From positions 1 through 30,122 of IMG/VR virus record IMGVR_UViG_3300020592_000114: a DNA stretch of 30,122 nucleotides; one strand, given 5' to 3'. The DNA comes from a virus (Duplodnaviria; Caudoviricetes). The notes below the pieces were generated by a model, which was given only the letters and a program-made list of their open reading frames with translations, ran no database searches and had not been told where the DNA came from. The position numbers were made by a program, and so were the translations under genes. The stretch's first letter is position 1. The number at the start of each line of letters is the position of its first letter. This document shows positions 8,097 to 18,151 of the stretch, piece by piece.

Positions 8097-9592
8097 CCGC
8101 TCTCTATCGTAAGCAGATCAAGAAGGCCGCGAAGCTGCGGCGACATTTGAGGGGGTGGCAAAGCGCCTCCTGAACGGATCAGAGCGGCTGCTCTTTCTGC
8201 ATTCCCGACTCCGATGCTACCGGCTGCGCGTCTACCAACCTCACCTGCGCCGAGCAGTGCCGCAGCTCCAACGGGTCCAGCAGCACCATAACCCGCACTT
8301 CCTGCAAGAGTTGTGCTTACTACGCCCCGTGGCGCGAACTTGCCGAGAAGGCGAAGCGCGTTTTCAACCGGACCACCGCGAACGACGCCCCGTATGATGT
8401 CCAATTCCGCTTTGCTGAAATTACGGGCGGTGCGAACATTGCCAAGGATGCTCTTAAACTGCTGCCGAAGAGCGGTTGCCATGTCCGCAGAGGTGTAGTT
8501 TGCGCCCACGGTGTTCTTCGCCTTTTCAAAGGCATTCTCGATAATCTCGCTCTTGCGGAACGTGCGCCACATATCGCGAGCCGCCGCGATATTTTCAGAA
8601 GCAGCCTTTGCATTACCCGCCGCCACATCGGTCGGCCTGAGGTTCCCGAGCCAGTCATCGATCTTGTCTATCATGATGGTGGCGATACGGCGCTCGTCAG
8701 GGTCAATGCTTTTGGCTGCGCCACCGACAACACGGCGAAGGGTGTCCACCTCTCTGAGGGAAAGGCCAGCGCCTTGTTCCGCTGCCTCCTGCAGCCGCCC
8801 TAAGGCAGCTGTGGCCTTGGGGTGAATGGTCTTGTCGATCCCGGCGTTTTTGACCGTTTCAGCAATGTCATTGAAGACACGCGTGATGCCCTGACGGGAG
8901 ACGACAAGACCTGCATTATCCGCCTGTTGATAGAGTTCGTGCGCTTGCTGCTTGAGCGCATCTGTTGTTGGGGCGGCCCTGGTCGCGGCCTTAGAGAGCT
9001 GCCGAGAAGCCGCCCCTCCGACTGCCCCGCCAAGTGTCCCGCCGATGACGGTACCTGTGGCCGCTTTGCCGAATCTGTCCATTGCGCCGCGTCCCTCGCC
9101 AGCACCATAGACCGCACCATAAGCTGCGCCCTCTCCGGCCCCTCGCGTGACAAGTGAACCTAGGGTCGGCTTTGCTCGCTGAATCAGGCTAAAGCCGCCC
9201 TTCATGAGAGGGGAGGCTGCCCCCATGCCGCCCGCTACCGTTCCGGCGGTAGAGGCTATGGGTGAACGCTCTTCCCTTCTGCGCTGAAGCTCTTCCTCAA
9301 CCTGCATGTTGCGGTCGTAAGCGCGGCCAATGTCGAAACCTTCGCCTTGCATCCACTCGCGGCCTGCACGGAACGGTGCATTGAGGCCCGAAACAATCTC
9401 ATCAGCGAACGGAATGGCCTTCGCCATACCGCTCCCGGTCATATCGGAGAATGTGCCGGTGTCCTGCCACTTCTCTATTTGGTCAGCCTCAGAACGAGCG
9501 GACCAATCATCATTGGCGGGTGAGGAGGGAGTGTATTTCTGCCATGGGCCAGCCTGACCGCCCTGCTTCTGGTATCTTTCCCAAGGGGCCAT
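8069..9592 (-). CDS. DNA ejection / internal virion protein
   Basis: PWERY/PWQKY N-terminus, Gly/Ala-rich hydrophobic tracts; synteny. Confidence 0.75.
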   Translation of the reverse strand: MAPWERYQKQGGQAGPWQKYTPSSPANDDWSARSEADQIEKWQDTGTFSDMTGSGMAKAIPFADEIVSGLNAPFRAGREWMQGEGFDIGRAYDRNMQVEEELQRRREERSPIASTAGTVAGGMGAASPLMKGGFSLIQRAKPTLGSLVTRGAGEGAAYGAVYGAGEGRGAMDRFGKAATGTVIGGTLGGAVGGAASRQLSKAATRAAPTTDALKQQAHELYQQADNAGLVVSRQGITRVFNDIAETVKNAGIDKTIHPKATAALGRLQEAAEQGAGLSLREVDTLRRVVGGAAKSIDPDERRIATIMIDKIDDWLGNLRPTDVAAGNAKAASENIAAARDMWRTFRKSEIIENAFEKAKNTVGANYTSADMATALRQQFKSILGNVRTARNFSKAELDIIRGVVRGGPVENALRLLGKFAPRGVVSTTLAGSAGYGAAGPVGAAALLGAGEVGRRAAGSIGVGNAERAAALIRSGGALPPPQMSPQLRGLLDLLTIESGQQVPRLAQ

Positions 9593-10779
9593 TATTGCAC
9601 CTTTTCCCAGTTGTCGGGGTTACCGGGGTCTCCGCCCTTAAAGCGATAACCGTCTTCAACGGTGCCGGGAGATGGCGCGCCCATCCCGCCGCCTTCACGG
9701 CGCGCCTGTGCTTGAGGGTCGTCTTCCAGAAGACCGTCATAGGCACGCCTGCCTTCCAGCATGTTCTGGTAAAGGCGCTGGAGGCGACGAAGGTTGAATT
9801 CCAGCTGCTCGCGGCTTTGCGACTGCTCTAGGTTGCCGATGGTAGACTGAAGGAACGCAAGTTCACGCTCTGATACCTGTCCCAGAGCACCGCCAGTGGG
9901 AGACGCCTCGCGCATAGCCTGAAGGCGGTCAAAGCCAGCATTTGCTTTAATGGTGTCGAGCAACCCACGGAGGTCGCGCGCCCCCGTTCCGCCTACACCC
10001 GAAAGCGCGTCACCAATCATTCCGGTGGTCGGCAGCGTGCTGTTGGAGATGGTGTCAAGCGCGCGGCCAATCTCCTGATTGACAATGCCGTTCCAAGTCT
10101 TGGCCTGCTCGTCTTTATTCTCGGTTTCCACCTGAGCTTGTTTCGCCTTGATGTCTTCGGGACTCCCGGGGATGGGAGACATGCTAATCGGATTGCCCTT
10201 GTTGTCGTAATCGACTTTGTAACCAGCAGGCGGTGTGCCGATTGTCCTGGCTGCGCCTGCCTGCGCGATCCTAATCTTCTGCGCCTCGACATCGGGTGGT
10301 AGAACTTCCGACTTCGAACCCCCTATCACATTGTAGCGGCCCGTTTTCTTGTCGATCATGGCCTTGGCTGGCCGCCCCTGCTCGTCATAGATCTCAGTGA
10401 TCTCCCATTCGGGCTTGCTGCCAGCCTTCCATTCGCCATACCAGGCGCGAAGGGCAGCGGGGTCGCTCGCAAGATAGGCCGCCTCGTCCCGTCCTAAGCC
10501 CTGAGTGGTCAGCCATTTGACGGTCTGGTTTTGGCTGGCCTGCTGTTGGCGCTCCTTCTGACGGTTCTGGTTCATCTGCATCAAGCCCATACCAAGCTGC
10601 TGATTGCGTGGGTCCAGCATGGCTATAGCGGGGCCAAGAGCAGACAAGAAGTCGCCCATAGCAACGCCAGCTCGACGAGGGGCGGTTTGCGCCGCCAATG
10701 GCGGCTGCTGTTGCTGCGGCATTGCGAGCATTGAGTTTGGTTCACTGGGTCGAAACAGAGCATCAAGAAGACCTACCAT
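9592..10779 (-). CDS. DNA ejection / internal virion protein
   Basis: IKAN.GFD.LQ.MR..SPTGGALG.VSE.E motif; GYRFKGGDP..P.NWEK C-terminus. Confidence 0.75.
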   Translation of the reverse strand: MVGLLDALFRPSEPNSMLAMPQQQQPPLAAQTAPRRAGVAMGDFLSALGPAIAMLDPRNQQLGMGLMQMNQNRQKERQQQASQNQTVKWLTTQGLGRDEAAYLASDPAALRAWYGEWKAGSKPEWEITEIYDEQGRPAKAMIDKKTGRYNVIGGSKSEVLPPDVEAQKIRIAQAGAARTIGTPPAGYKVDYDNKGNPISMSPIPGSPEDIKAKQAQVETENKDEQAKTWNGIVNQEIGRALDTISNSTLPTTGMIGDALSGVGGTGARDLRGLLDTIKANAGFDRLQAMREASPTGGALGQVSERELAFLQSTIGNLEQSQSREQLEFNLRRLQRLYQNMLEGRRAYDGLLEDDPQAQARREGGGMGAPSPGTVEDGYRFKGGDPGNPDNWEKVQ

Positions 10780-11286
10780 TTATGCCGCCCTCGCAAATGA
10801 GCCAAACCTATCCCGGGCGGCTTCCAAATAAGCACCCCTTGCTGCGTCTATATCAGCGAAGAGACCCAAATATTTGCTTTTCCCCTTGTAATGTATTGTA
10901 ACTTGCCACGCCCTGCGTTGCTTATTCCAATACACCCCCTTGTATCCGCTTGTATTATCCTTTCGGAGCGGCATGTTTCCGTTATTTTGTCTAGGTGTTG
11001 CCTCCCTTAAATTTTCTATCCTGTTGTCGTCTTTATCACAATTTACATGATCGATCGCCTCTTTGGGGAAACAACCATAGACGTACATCCACGCCAAACG
11101 ATGGGCATAATATGATTTACCCTTGAGGCTAATTTGGCGATAAGAAGATCCAGCGCGATAGCCTGCAACCGTGCCCGCATACCTAGTATTCCATTCGCGG
11201 CGAACGCCCTCGCGGGGCCTCCAATAAAAAACCCCCGTCTGGGGGTCGTAGTCTAGGTGACTCTTTAGTTCCTGCTGTGTGATCAT
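10780..11286 (-). CDS. HNH endonuclease with C-terminal AP2 domain
   Basis: AHRLAW, IDHVN..KDDNRIENLREAT..QN..N, NTSGYKGV.W, YLGLF; start MITQQELK with ATGA overlap; visibly more AT-rich. Confidence 0.9.
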   Translation of the reverse strand: MITQQELKSHLDYDPQTGVFYWRPREGVRREWNTRYAGTVAGYRAGSSYRQISLKGKSYYAHRLAWMYVYGCFPKEAIDHVNCDKDDNRIENLREATPRQNNGNMPLRKDNTSGYKGVYWNKQRRAWQVTIHYKGKSKYLGLFADIDAARGAYLEAARDRFGSFARAA

Positions 11287-12131
11287 CGGAAGAAGTTCCC
11301 GAACAGAGAGCCGCCCCCGCTGACAGGGGCCGTCAGAAGGGTCCCAAGCAGACCAGCAAAGTTCATGGGTTGCTTGGTGGTTTGAGTGGTCGTCCCGTAA
11401 GGCCCTGCAACGCCCTGAGCGGCAGAGATAAGGCCGCCAAGACGAGCCCAATCCTCGTTATCCAGCTGCGTCCACTGGTTGATAAGATCGTTGAGACCCT
11501 GTTGCGTGCGCTGGTCGATTGCGCCGCCAATGCCCATCTGCTGGTTCGCGTCGAAGACCTTGTTCCCCTGGATGGTCGGGAGCTGAGAAATCATGCCGAG
11601 CATGTTCTGGAAGCCCTGATTTTCCAATCCCGCTGCACCAAGCGCACGATTGACCTGCGAGGACTCAAGGGCATTCGCTGCGTTCAGCTGATTGCCGCGC
11701 TCAAACTGATAGTTCTGGTTGCGGAGCTGGTTCGACATGTTGCCGATAGAGTCGGCTAGCGTTCCCTGGTGTGCGGCGGAGCCATACCGGCCACCTGCTG
11801 CGAAAAGCTGGTTGGTCTGAGTGCCGATGTCCTGCGCATTCTTGGAAATGATGTCGTCCAGATAGGGCGAGCCGTTCAGGTAGTCGCCCCGAGCCGTCCC
11901 AGTAAGGTAATCATGCGCCGCGCCGCCGCCCTGAAGCGTGTTGATGGCGTTCTGCCCCGTCTGTCCTATACCGCCTTGGGTGAAGGTCTGACTGGCCACA
12001 CCCATCGGCGCTGTCTGCAAGAATGAGTTCATGTTCTTGTAAGCGTCGGAGCCCACCTGTGCCCAATTCGGAAGGCCGGTGTTCTGGGTCGAGGTGGAGG
12101 CCTTGTTCTGTGATTGATTCACGCTACCCAT
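11283..12131 (-). CDS. Ejection/pilot protein
   Basis: G/Q/N-rich, G.YLNG.PYL and GRYGS.AH motifs; TAATG coupling gives start MGSVNQ. Confidence 0.7.
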   Translation of the reverse strand: MGSVNQSQNKASTSTQNTGLPNWAQVGSDAYKNMNSFLQTAPMGVASQTFTQGGIGQTGQNAINTLQGGGAAHDYLTGTARGDYLNGSPYLDDIISKNAQDIGTQTNQLFAAGGRYGSAAHQGTLADSIGNMSNQLRNQNYQFERGNQLNAANALESSQVNRALGAAGLENQGFQNMLGMISQLPTIQGNKVFDANQQMGIGGAIDQRTQQGLNDLINQWTQLDNEDWARLGGLISAAQGVAGPYGTTTQTTKQPMNFAGLLGTLLTAPVSGGGSLFGNFFR

Positions 12132-12601
12132 TACCAAAGCCCCCTTCGTGAAGAGTCACCCTCGACTTGCGTCCACTGCTCGCCGCCAGGTGTGTCTTGT
12201 TTGATCCATCGCCCCGGCTTGTTGTGAATTTTTGCTGCATAAGGAATGCCGGTTCTTAGGGACTCCATGATATCTGTAGTGTAACTAGGCTGCGCTTGCT
12301 GTTGCGGAGCAGCTGAGTTCCTGTTTTTCACCTGCTCAAACAACGCGGATAGGTCAGGGATGAGCGAATTTATGCTCTGATTGGAGACGGGAGCACCGGA
12401 ATAGCCAGTCGCAGCAAGAAGGCTGTTCATGCCGGAAAGCGTCGGGTCGGAAAGCGGTGCCTGGGTCGGGCCCGTGTAGGTGTTATAGCCCTTCCCTTGC
12501 TCATACAGGGCAAGCGCATCCGCCGCCCCACGCTCAAGCATGGGACGAGCCCATTTCGGCGGCTCGTTGGTTTGCGTCGTCTTCGTGCTCTTGCTGCCCA
12601 T
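12131..12601 (-). CDS. Ejection/pilot protein-like
   Basis: MGSKSTKTTQTNEPPKWARP N-terminus; synteny. Confidence 0.65.
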   Translation of the reverse strand: MGSKSTKTTQTNEPPKWARPMLERGAADALALYEQGKGYNTYTGPTQAPLSDPTLSGMNSLLAATGYSGAPVSNQSINSLIPDLSALFEQVKNRNSAAPQQQAQPSYTTDIMESLRTGIPYAAKIHNKPGRWIKQDTPGGEQWTQVEGDSSRRGLW

Positions 12602-12602
12602 T

Positions 12603-13031
12603 CTAAAGTTCCTTCGTCATGACGATTGAGCGCGTTTTGAAGCCCATCGGCTCATAGAGGCGCACCAGGCCGCGGCGGCAGTGGGTCACAGCTTCTGTCG
12701 CCCCCTGTGCCCGCGCCCAATCCTCCATTTCATGAAACAGTTCGAGGCATTCGGCGTATCGGCTGCCACCACACTCAGCCATCACGAGCTGCTTCTTGCC
12801 CGTGGCGTTGATGGTGATAATCTCCGTGACCGCGGCCAGGATCACTTCGTCACCATCAGTGATCACCCAAAGCTGTCGCTTCCCAGCGGCACATTCCGCG
12901 ATGATGTTCTGGATGGTCTCGTACCCGTCGAACTTGCGGCAGTATTTTTCGAGACAGCGCACGATCCCCGGCCAGAGCGGGGCCATTTCTTCAGCGGTCA
13001 TCTCACTGGTGAGGCGAAGCTTTAGGGTCAT
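12603..13031 (-). CDS. GNAT-fold-like virion assembly protein
   Basis: QLW, VTEI, E.WAR..GA......RRG..R pattern; position between tail and ejection genes. Confidence 0.6.
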   Translation of the reverse strand: MTLKLRLTSEMTAEEMAPLWPGIVRCLEKYCRKFDGYETIQNIIAECAAGKRQLWVITDGDEVILAAVTEIITINATGKKQLVMAECGGSRYAECLELFHEMEDWARAQGATEAVTHCRRGLVRLYEPMGFKTRSIVMTKEL

Positions 13032-13057
13032 CCAGCCCTCGCGATATAACGAGACAT

Positions 13058-13402
13058 TTACCCGCTCCTACCCGGCGTTTCTGCGATGGAAACGATCACA
13101 TCAACGGCGTTTGCAGCGCTCGCCTGCACCCGGATTAGATCCCCATTGTTCAGGGCAAAGGCCTCTAGAGGGAGCCAGAGCGATTGCGCTGGCTGAAGGC
13201 TGTAATTTCCCAAAAGGTAGTAGGAGGCGCCGTTTTCAACGTTGACGTAGGTTGCCGAGACAGTGACCGCAGCACCGCTGAAATTCGCCAGCCTGAAGCC
13301 GATGACCTGAGTGTAGCCGCTAGCGTCAAGGACCGTGGTCGCGCTCGTTGTGGTAAGCCGCGTAGCGACGACGCGGCAGTTCTGATCGACATACCGGCTC
13401 AT
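13058..13402 (-). CDS. Small beta-rich virion/tail protein
   Basis: L..GD.I.V.A..AN pattern; ATGA coupling. Confidence 0.6.
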   Translation of the reverse strand: MSRYVDQNCRVVATRLTTTSATTVLDASGYTQVIGFRLANFSGAAVTVSATYVNVENGASYYLLGNYSLQPAQSLWLPLEAFALNNGDLIRVQASAANAVDVIVSIAETPGRSG

Positions 13403-14865
13403 GCCTGCCCCTCAGGAATGCCTACCGGCTCCACGCCGTGAATGTCGTACCAAGTATTTTCCGTGCTTGACGGGATAGATACCTCGAAACGGTGATATCT
13501 GCCGCTTGCCCTGGCGGGTATGAGCCCCGTGCGATTGGCTGTGAAGGGCAGCTTCCAGCCAATCGCAGAACCCGCACTGTCCTTGATCCCTACGCGCCCT
13601 GATATCGTAGGCGCATCGCAGATCGGCCTAAAGCCGTTAACGAATGTGCGACCAGTCTTGTTCAGCTCCACATCGCCGGTTTGAAGCACCGCAGGCAGTG
13701 GGGCGCCAGCGAAGAAGCCAAGCCGGTATTCCAGGTCGAATGCCGCAATCAGCGGTGTAGACCCAGCCCACGCTCTGCTGTCGAGCGAGAACGGCAGTTC
13801 ATCGAGGCCCAATCCAAGGGCATCAAGGCTATCGAGGGTATAGCCCGGTGTCGTCGCATCAATCAGGCCCGTCAGGATCGTCCCAGGCTTGAGCATCGAC
13901 CACTTGTCTATGCCGTAGTGATAGCAAATCACCTTGTCGTAAGAGCGGTCGATGGTGTTTGAAGTCGAACGATACGCCCAATAGACCATCTTCCTGCTCG
14001 GGTCTTCCGAGCCGTAGACATCGTAGATTTCGCTCTTGTTGATGTCGCTCAGGAAGAAATTATCAACCCGCTCATTGCCGATCCCGACAGGCGGAACGCC
14101 GTAGCGGTAAAAGCCATCGTCCGAGAGGTAGAAAATCCCGTGCCCGGTGGACACAACCGAGCGTGGCGCAAGGCATCCATGGTTGGGTATGGTCTGCGTG
14201 AAGGTCATTACCATAGGCGTCTGGAGGGCCAGCTGCCCGACGCGGATGGATTCGGCGTGGAAGATGACGCAGCCATCAACGCCGCCCGCAAATGCCATGA
14301 TTTCGCCGCCATCTGGGAAGGGCTGGAAGTCTGACGAGCGCTGCCGCGGCGTCCAGAAATGGGGCTGGTTCAAGCCGGACCAGTGGACGGAGCGCTGATC
14401 GCTGCCGAGGTTCGCAAGCATGACGAAATCGCCAAGCGTGCCGCAGAACAGCGCGGTAGGAGGATTACCCCCCAAATCGGCAAATTGATCGGGCGTGTTG
14501 ACGTTGATCCACTGAACCGGGTCGGTGCCATTGGTGGCGATGATCAGATCGCCAAACTGAGCAAACGACCACCTGCGACCGTCAACGGTGCTGTAACCGC
14601 CAGTTTTGGAAACGTCCGTCCATCCCAAGGTTTCGGGATTGAACAGGTAAATGGCGTGTTGCGTGCCCACGAACAGGCGATAGTTGCCGTTGATGACGTA
14701 GGCGAGGATTGTGCCCATCGGATGAGCAGGAAGCGGCTGTGAGAAGGCCTGGAAGGACGGGAACGGCCCATAGGAATTGGCCTTGGGCAGAACGTTTTCC
14801 AGCGTATCCGAGAACTGAGGGTCAAAGCGTGACCGATCCGGCCCGTATTGAGCGAATGGGATCAC
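13399..14865 (-). CDS. Tail nozzle / packaged-DNA stabilisation protein (P22 gp10-like role)
   Basis: About 490 aa, beta-propeller-like motifs (W.FAQFG..IIATNG, WSGLN, G.LAP.S); GTGA overlap start. Confidence 0.75.
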   Translation of the reverse strand: MIPFAQYGPDRSRFDPQFSDTLENVLPKANSYGPFPSFQAFSQPLPAHPMGTILAYVINGNYRLFVGTQHAIYLFNPETLGWTDVSKTGGYSTVDGRRWSFAQFGDLIIATNGTDPVQWINVNTPDQFADLGGNPPTALFCGTLGDFVMLANLGSDQRSVHWSGLNQPHFWTPRQRSSDFQPFPDGGEIMAFAGGVDGCVIFHAESIRVGQLALQTPMVMTFTQTIPNHGCLAPRSVVSTGHGIFYLSDDGFYRYGVPPVGIGNERVDNFFLSDINKSEIYDVYGSEDPSRKMVYWAYRSTSNTIDRSYDKVICYHYGIDKWSMLKPGTILTGLIDATTPGYTLDSLDALGLGLDELPFSLDSRAWAGSTPLIAAFDLEYRLGFFAGAPLPAVLQTGDVELNKTGRTFVNGFRPICDAPTISGRVGIKDSAGSAIGWKLPFTANRTGLIPARASGRYHRFEVSIPSSTENTWYDIHGVEPVGIPEGQA

Positions 14866-15476
14866 GGCGTCACCATCGCAACGCGAGCATTCCCGCGCGC
14901 CCACATCGCGCCCTTTTCCTCGCGAATGAGGGCTTCAAGCAGACCGTTGAACATGCTGCCGAAGGAGGCCGCCCGTTCGTTATTGCCTATGAAAAGGCAG
15001 GCATGCTTCAGTGAGCCGTAGAGATAGATGTTGGGGAACTTGTCGAGCAGCCAATTGGAGGAATTGGCGTCAGTCAGAGCCGGGATCTTCGCAAAGTACT
15101 CCAGCTCTATCTCCGCTGTAGTCTTCGGCAAAACCATCAATGTGTCTCCGTCAATGGAGAACACGCTTGGATAGCCCGCCTGGCGAAAGGGATACACATC
15201 GTCGCGCGTACCCGGCGCTACGGCAGAGAGACGGCGCCTCGGGTTGGTGAGAGCGGTCACATTCCTGAATTCGAGGTAATCATCCGGCAGATCGGCTTTG
15301 CTATCGCCGTCGAGAGTAAGGGAAGCCACGGTGATCTGCTTCCTGCCTCGAACCACCCGGTTAAGGTCGGCCTCACAAAGGGTGATGAAATCGCCTGCAA
15401 AAGTCGCAAGGTCGGGCCGGTCAAACATCCAATCGACAATGCTGGACTTCAGGTCCGCGTAGCTCTCAAGCGCCAT
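14862..15476 (-). CDS. Head-tail adaptor protein
   Basis: Y.DLK, FI.L.EA..NR, LP.D.LE, NWLL...P..YLYG.L. Confidence 0.8.
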   Translation of the reverse strand: MALESYADLKSSIVDWMFDRPDLATFAGDFITLCEADLNRVVRGRKQITVASLTLDGDSKADLPDDYLEFRNVTALTNPRRRLSAVAPGTRDDVYPFRQAGYPSVFSIDGDTLMVLPKTTAEIELEYFAKIPALTDANSSNWLLDKFPNIYLYGSLKHACLFIGNNERAASFGSMFNGLLEALIREEKGAMWARGNARVAMVTP

Positions 15477-15853
15477 TAGACCTTCCCCCTGAATGTGCGA
15501 AAACCTGCATTTTCGGACGCGTTAAGCCAGCGCTTTAGGGATGACTGGTTGCCGTCTTTCACGCGAGGGGCGATTTCTCGCGCCCACACATGCATGGGAA
15601 CACTGGCAACCACCTTTCCATCACCGAAGCGCTGCCCATCGGACTCCTTACGGAGAGACGCCGCCTCTTCCATAAAACGCGCTTCGCCGTACCACTCCGT
15701 CTTGCGAATGGTGGCTTTCTCATACTCGTATTCCCAAACCCGCGTACCGGATGCGGGGTCGTGAAATACGACATCTTTTCGGATCAACGCCCCCAGTTGG
15801 AGCCGCCCAAGATCGTTTTTGGAGATGTTGAGATGAGACTCCTTAGAACTCAT
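15476..15853 (-). CDS. Conserved-type hypothetical virion-region protein; start uncertain
   Basis: VASVP and KRWLN..EN..FRT..G C-terminal motif; follows the capsid gene. Confidence 0.7.
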   Translation of the reverse strand: MSSKESHLNISKNDLGRLQLGALIRKDVVFHDPASGTRVWEYEYEKATIRKTEWYGEARFMEEAASLRKESDGQRFGDGKVVASVPMHVWAREIAPRVKDGNQSSLKRWLNASENAGFRTFRGKV

Positions 15854-16031
15854 CGTTGCGAACCGCGATCCCAAGCTTGACCACCGAGCGCGCCTCATCA
15901 ATCGGCAGCTCGATTTCCTCACCCGCCTGATGGCGCCCACCGCTTTTGGGCCAATAGCCCTTCAGGAGCTTGACAGGCAGCGTCTGCGGCTTTGGAGAGC
16001 GCCCGTGGCCGCGTCTGGTCTCTTCTTCCAT
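15843..16031 (-). CDS. Small hypothetical protein after the capsid gene
   Basis: VKLLK.YWP......AG..I.LP..EA......G.A.R pattern. Confidence 0.7.
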   Translation of the reverse strand: MEEETRRGHGRSPKPQTLPVKLLKGYWPKSGGRHQAGEEIELPIDEARSVVKLGIAVRNDEF

Positions 16032-16043
16032 GCAGATCCCCAT

Positions 16044-16075
16044 AAAAAAGACCGCCGCAGTTTCCCGCGACGGCC
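16044..16075 (-). terminator. Intrinsic terminator after the major capsid gene
   Basis: GGCCGTCGCGG-GAAA-CTGCGGCGGTC-TTTTT. Confidence 0.8.
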
Positions 16076-16098
16076 AGGTGTTCGGTTTTCGGTGCCGA

Positions 16099-17094
16099 TT
16101 AGGTGGAGGCAGTCAAGCCGAAGACATCGGCAATGACGCCGTGCGCGGCCTCGTTCTTCATGATCAGCGTGTACTCAACGTTGAGTACGCGGCGCTCCGC
16201 GTCACCTACCTTGGCGACATCGTGCATCTGAATGTCATCGAAGATACCGACCGCCGCCTTGTCGGGGTCAATCACGAGAACATTGCGCGCCGTGGCTGCG
16301 TCGGTGGACATGACGCGGTTCGGAACCACCGTCAAAACGCCGAAGTCAGACACGTACATATCCGCGCCCGCAAAGATGGTGAGCTGGCCTTTGCTGCCCT
16401 GCCCCTGATTGGAGCGCAGTTCAGCGATACCGGCAAAACCGGAGAACACGCGCTTGTTGTAGGGGGAGAGCATGACGGTGCTCGGGTTGCCGCCTGACTG
16501 GTAGGTCTGCTGGATCACCGCATCAAGCTCAGCCTTGGCAAACGCCCGCTGCGTTCCATTGGTGGCAGCATCAACAAGACCGGTACCGGAGTTGAACCCG
16601 CCATCCGCGCCGCCTGCACCGCGCTCGGCATTGGCTTCCAGCCAGGCCGGGAACCCGCCAAGTTCGCGCGGCGTGGTCCCGTTACCGGAGACGGACGCAT
16701 TGTTTTGAAGGAGGGCATATTCCATGTCCTTCTTCAGCTCGACGCCCTTTTTCTTCAACTCACGCTTCAGTTCCGACTTGCGGCCCGCCTTGGACGTACG
16801 GTCCTGCGTGCGGGTGACAGCAATTTTCTTGTCGGAGATCTGCGTGTAGTTGCCGACACGCGTGGTAGGCGTGAACTCCGTGAACACCCATGTGTCGCCC
16901 TCAACCACGGCATTGTTGCCGGGAGTCGCAAGCGCATCGGTTTGCCATTCCGGGTGGGTAGACTTGACCGGCTCACGCCCAATCAGGGTCATAAGCGGCG
17001 TGTCTTCCGGGGTGATCATGTAGATGGCCTCGGCAAGCTCTTCGCGATTGCCGATGGCCTCGTAGGTGTCGAACGCACCTGTTACCTGTGCCAT
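16099..17094 (-). CDS. Major capsid protein (DUF5309/SU10-like)
   Basis: G.RE.L...IY.I.P..TP, EWQTD.L, R.GNYTQI, ELK.DME; strong SD. Confidence 0.9.
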   Translation of the reverse strand: MAQVTGAFDTYEAIGNREELAEAIYMITPEDTPLMTLIGREPVKSTHPEWQTDALATPGNNAVVEGDTWVFTEFTPTTRVGNYTQISDKKIAVTRTQDRTSKAGRKSELKRELKKKGVELKKDMEYALLQNNASVSGNGTTPRELGGFPAWLEANAERGAGGADGGFNSGTGLVDAATNGTQRAFAKAELDAVIQQTYQSGGNPSTVMLSPYNKRVFSGFAGIAELRSNQGQGSKGQLTIFAGADMYVSDFGVLTVVPNRVMSTDAATARNVLVIDPDKAAVGIFDDIQMHDVAKVGDAERRVLNVEYTLIMKNEAAHGVIADVFGLTAST

Positions 17095-17106
17095 TGGATT
17101 TCTCCG

Positions 17107-18108
17107 TCAGATTAGATCATCAAGAATGCGGTCAAGGGCGTCGTTGTCCTTGCCGTGGGATGAGCGCACGCGCTGCCAGTCGGATTGACGATCTCTCTGC
17201 TTGGCTCCCTGCGGGCTTTGCCTTCTGCCGGGGGCGAGAGGGGGCTTCCCCTCGGTCTTAGCCATCGCCTTCGGCTTTGCCGCCATGAGCTTCTGGTAGG
17301 CCATTGCGTCCCGAGCGAGCAGGAAGAGGCGATGATCCTCCGCCGCTGCTACGTCTTGGGGGCTGAAGCCGTACCTCTCAACAGCCTTCACCATATCCGC
17401 GTTGAACTGGTTCAACTTGGCCGGGTCGCGAAGCTCGGGCATGGCATGGAAAAGAGCTTCCGCTTCCCTGCGGAGAACCTCTTTTTTCTGCTCTACGGTC
17501 TGCGTGCTTCGGGCCTGTTCTGCCTGCTGCCTAGCAGCATAAAGCTGCTGCAACTGACCCATTCTGGCGTCATATTCCGCCTTCTGTTGCAGGTAGCCGA
17601 TTGGGTCGGTGTGGATCATCGACTGATCAGGTTCCTGCGGCAGGTATGCGCGGGCTATGTCGATTGCGAGATCAATGGTCTGTTCGCGCTGTGCCAGTTC
17701 CGCCTGACGGGATTGCAGTTCCTCACGGAGTGCTGCCGTCTCCTGCGTCTTGCGGGTGTAATCCGCCTCACGGAGATTGCCGCGGATGAGTTCGTTGACG
17801 GTTGTCACCGTGCCGTCAGGGAGGCGGACGCGGCCATCATGGCCAACAAAGCGCCCTGCTTCACTTTCGGCTTGGGACTCGCCCTCTTGCTCCTCCTTGG
17901 CGTCATCTTCCTTCCCTGCATCGTCATCGGCAGGAAGGTCGGTGTCTGCTTCCTCGGACTGTGCCTCGGCAGCCTGTTCGGTTTCGTCCTGTTCGTTCGG
18001 CGTGTCCTCTTCTTCAGAGACGCCAAGGAACCGGTCGAGAAGCGCATCTGCATTGGGCGCAGATGCATCCTGCTCAACAGTCCCTTCCGGGGTGCTGTCG
18101 TCAGTCAT
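17107..18108 (-). CDS. Scaffolding protein
   Basis: Acidic N-terminus, EL..G.LR.ADYTRKTQE, DP..Y, DHR motifs; directly upstream of the capsid gene. Confidence 0.88.
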   Translation of the reverse strand: MTDDSTPEGTVEQDASAPNADALLDRFLGVSEEEDTPNEQDETEQAAEAQSEEADTDLPADDDAGKEDDAKEEQEGESQAESEAGRFVGHDGRVRLPDGTVTTVNELIRGNLREADYTRKTQETAALREELQSRQAELAQREQTIDLAIDIARAYLPQEPDQSMIHTDPIGYLQQKAEYDARMGQLQQLYAARQQAEQARSTQTVEQKKEVLRREAEALFHAMPELRDPAKLNQFNADMVKAVERYGFSPQDVAAAEDHRLFLLARDAMAYQKLMAAKPKAMAKTEGKPPLAPGRRQSPQGAKQRDRQSDWQRVRSSHGKDNDALDRILDDLI

Positions 18109-18151
18109 TCAGATTTTCCTATTTTCGGAGGGTGAGATAACCCGGGTGCTG

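Noticed and set aside
17185-18135. 316-aa plus-strand ORF opposite the scaffold gene (also 21969..22892 and 19757..20488)
   Set aside because: Antisense shadows of GC-rich, codon-biased genes; no motifs or SD
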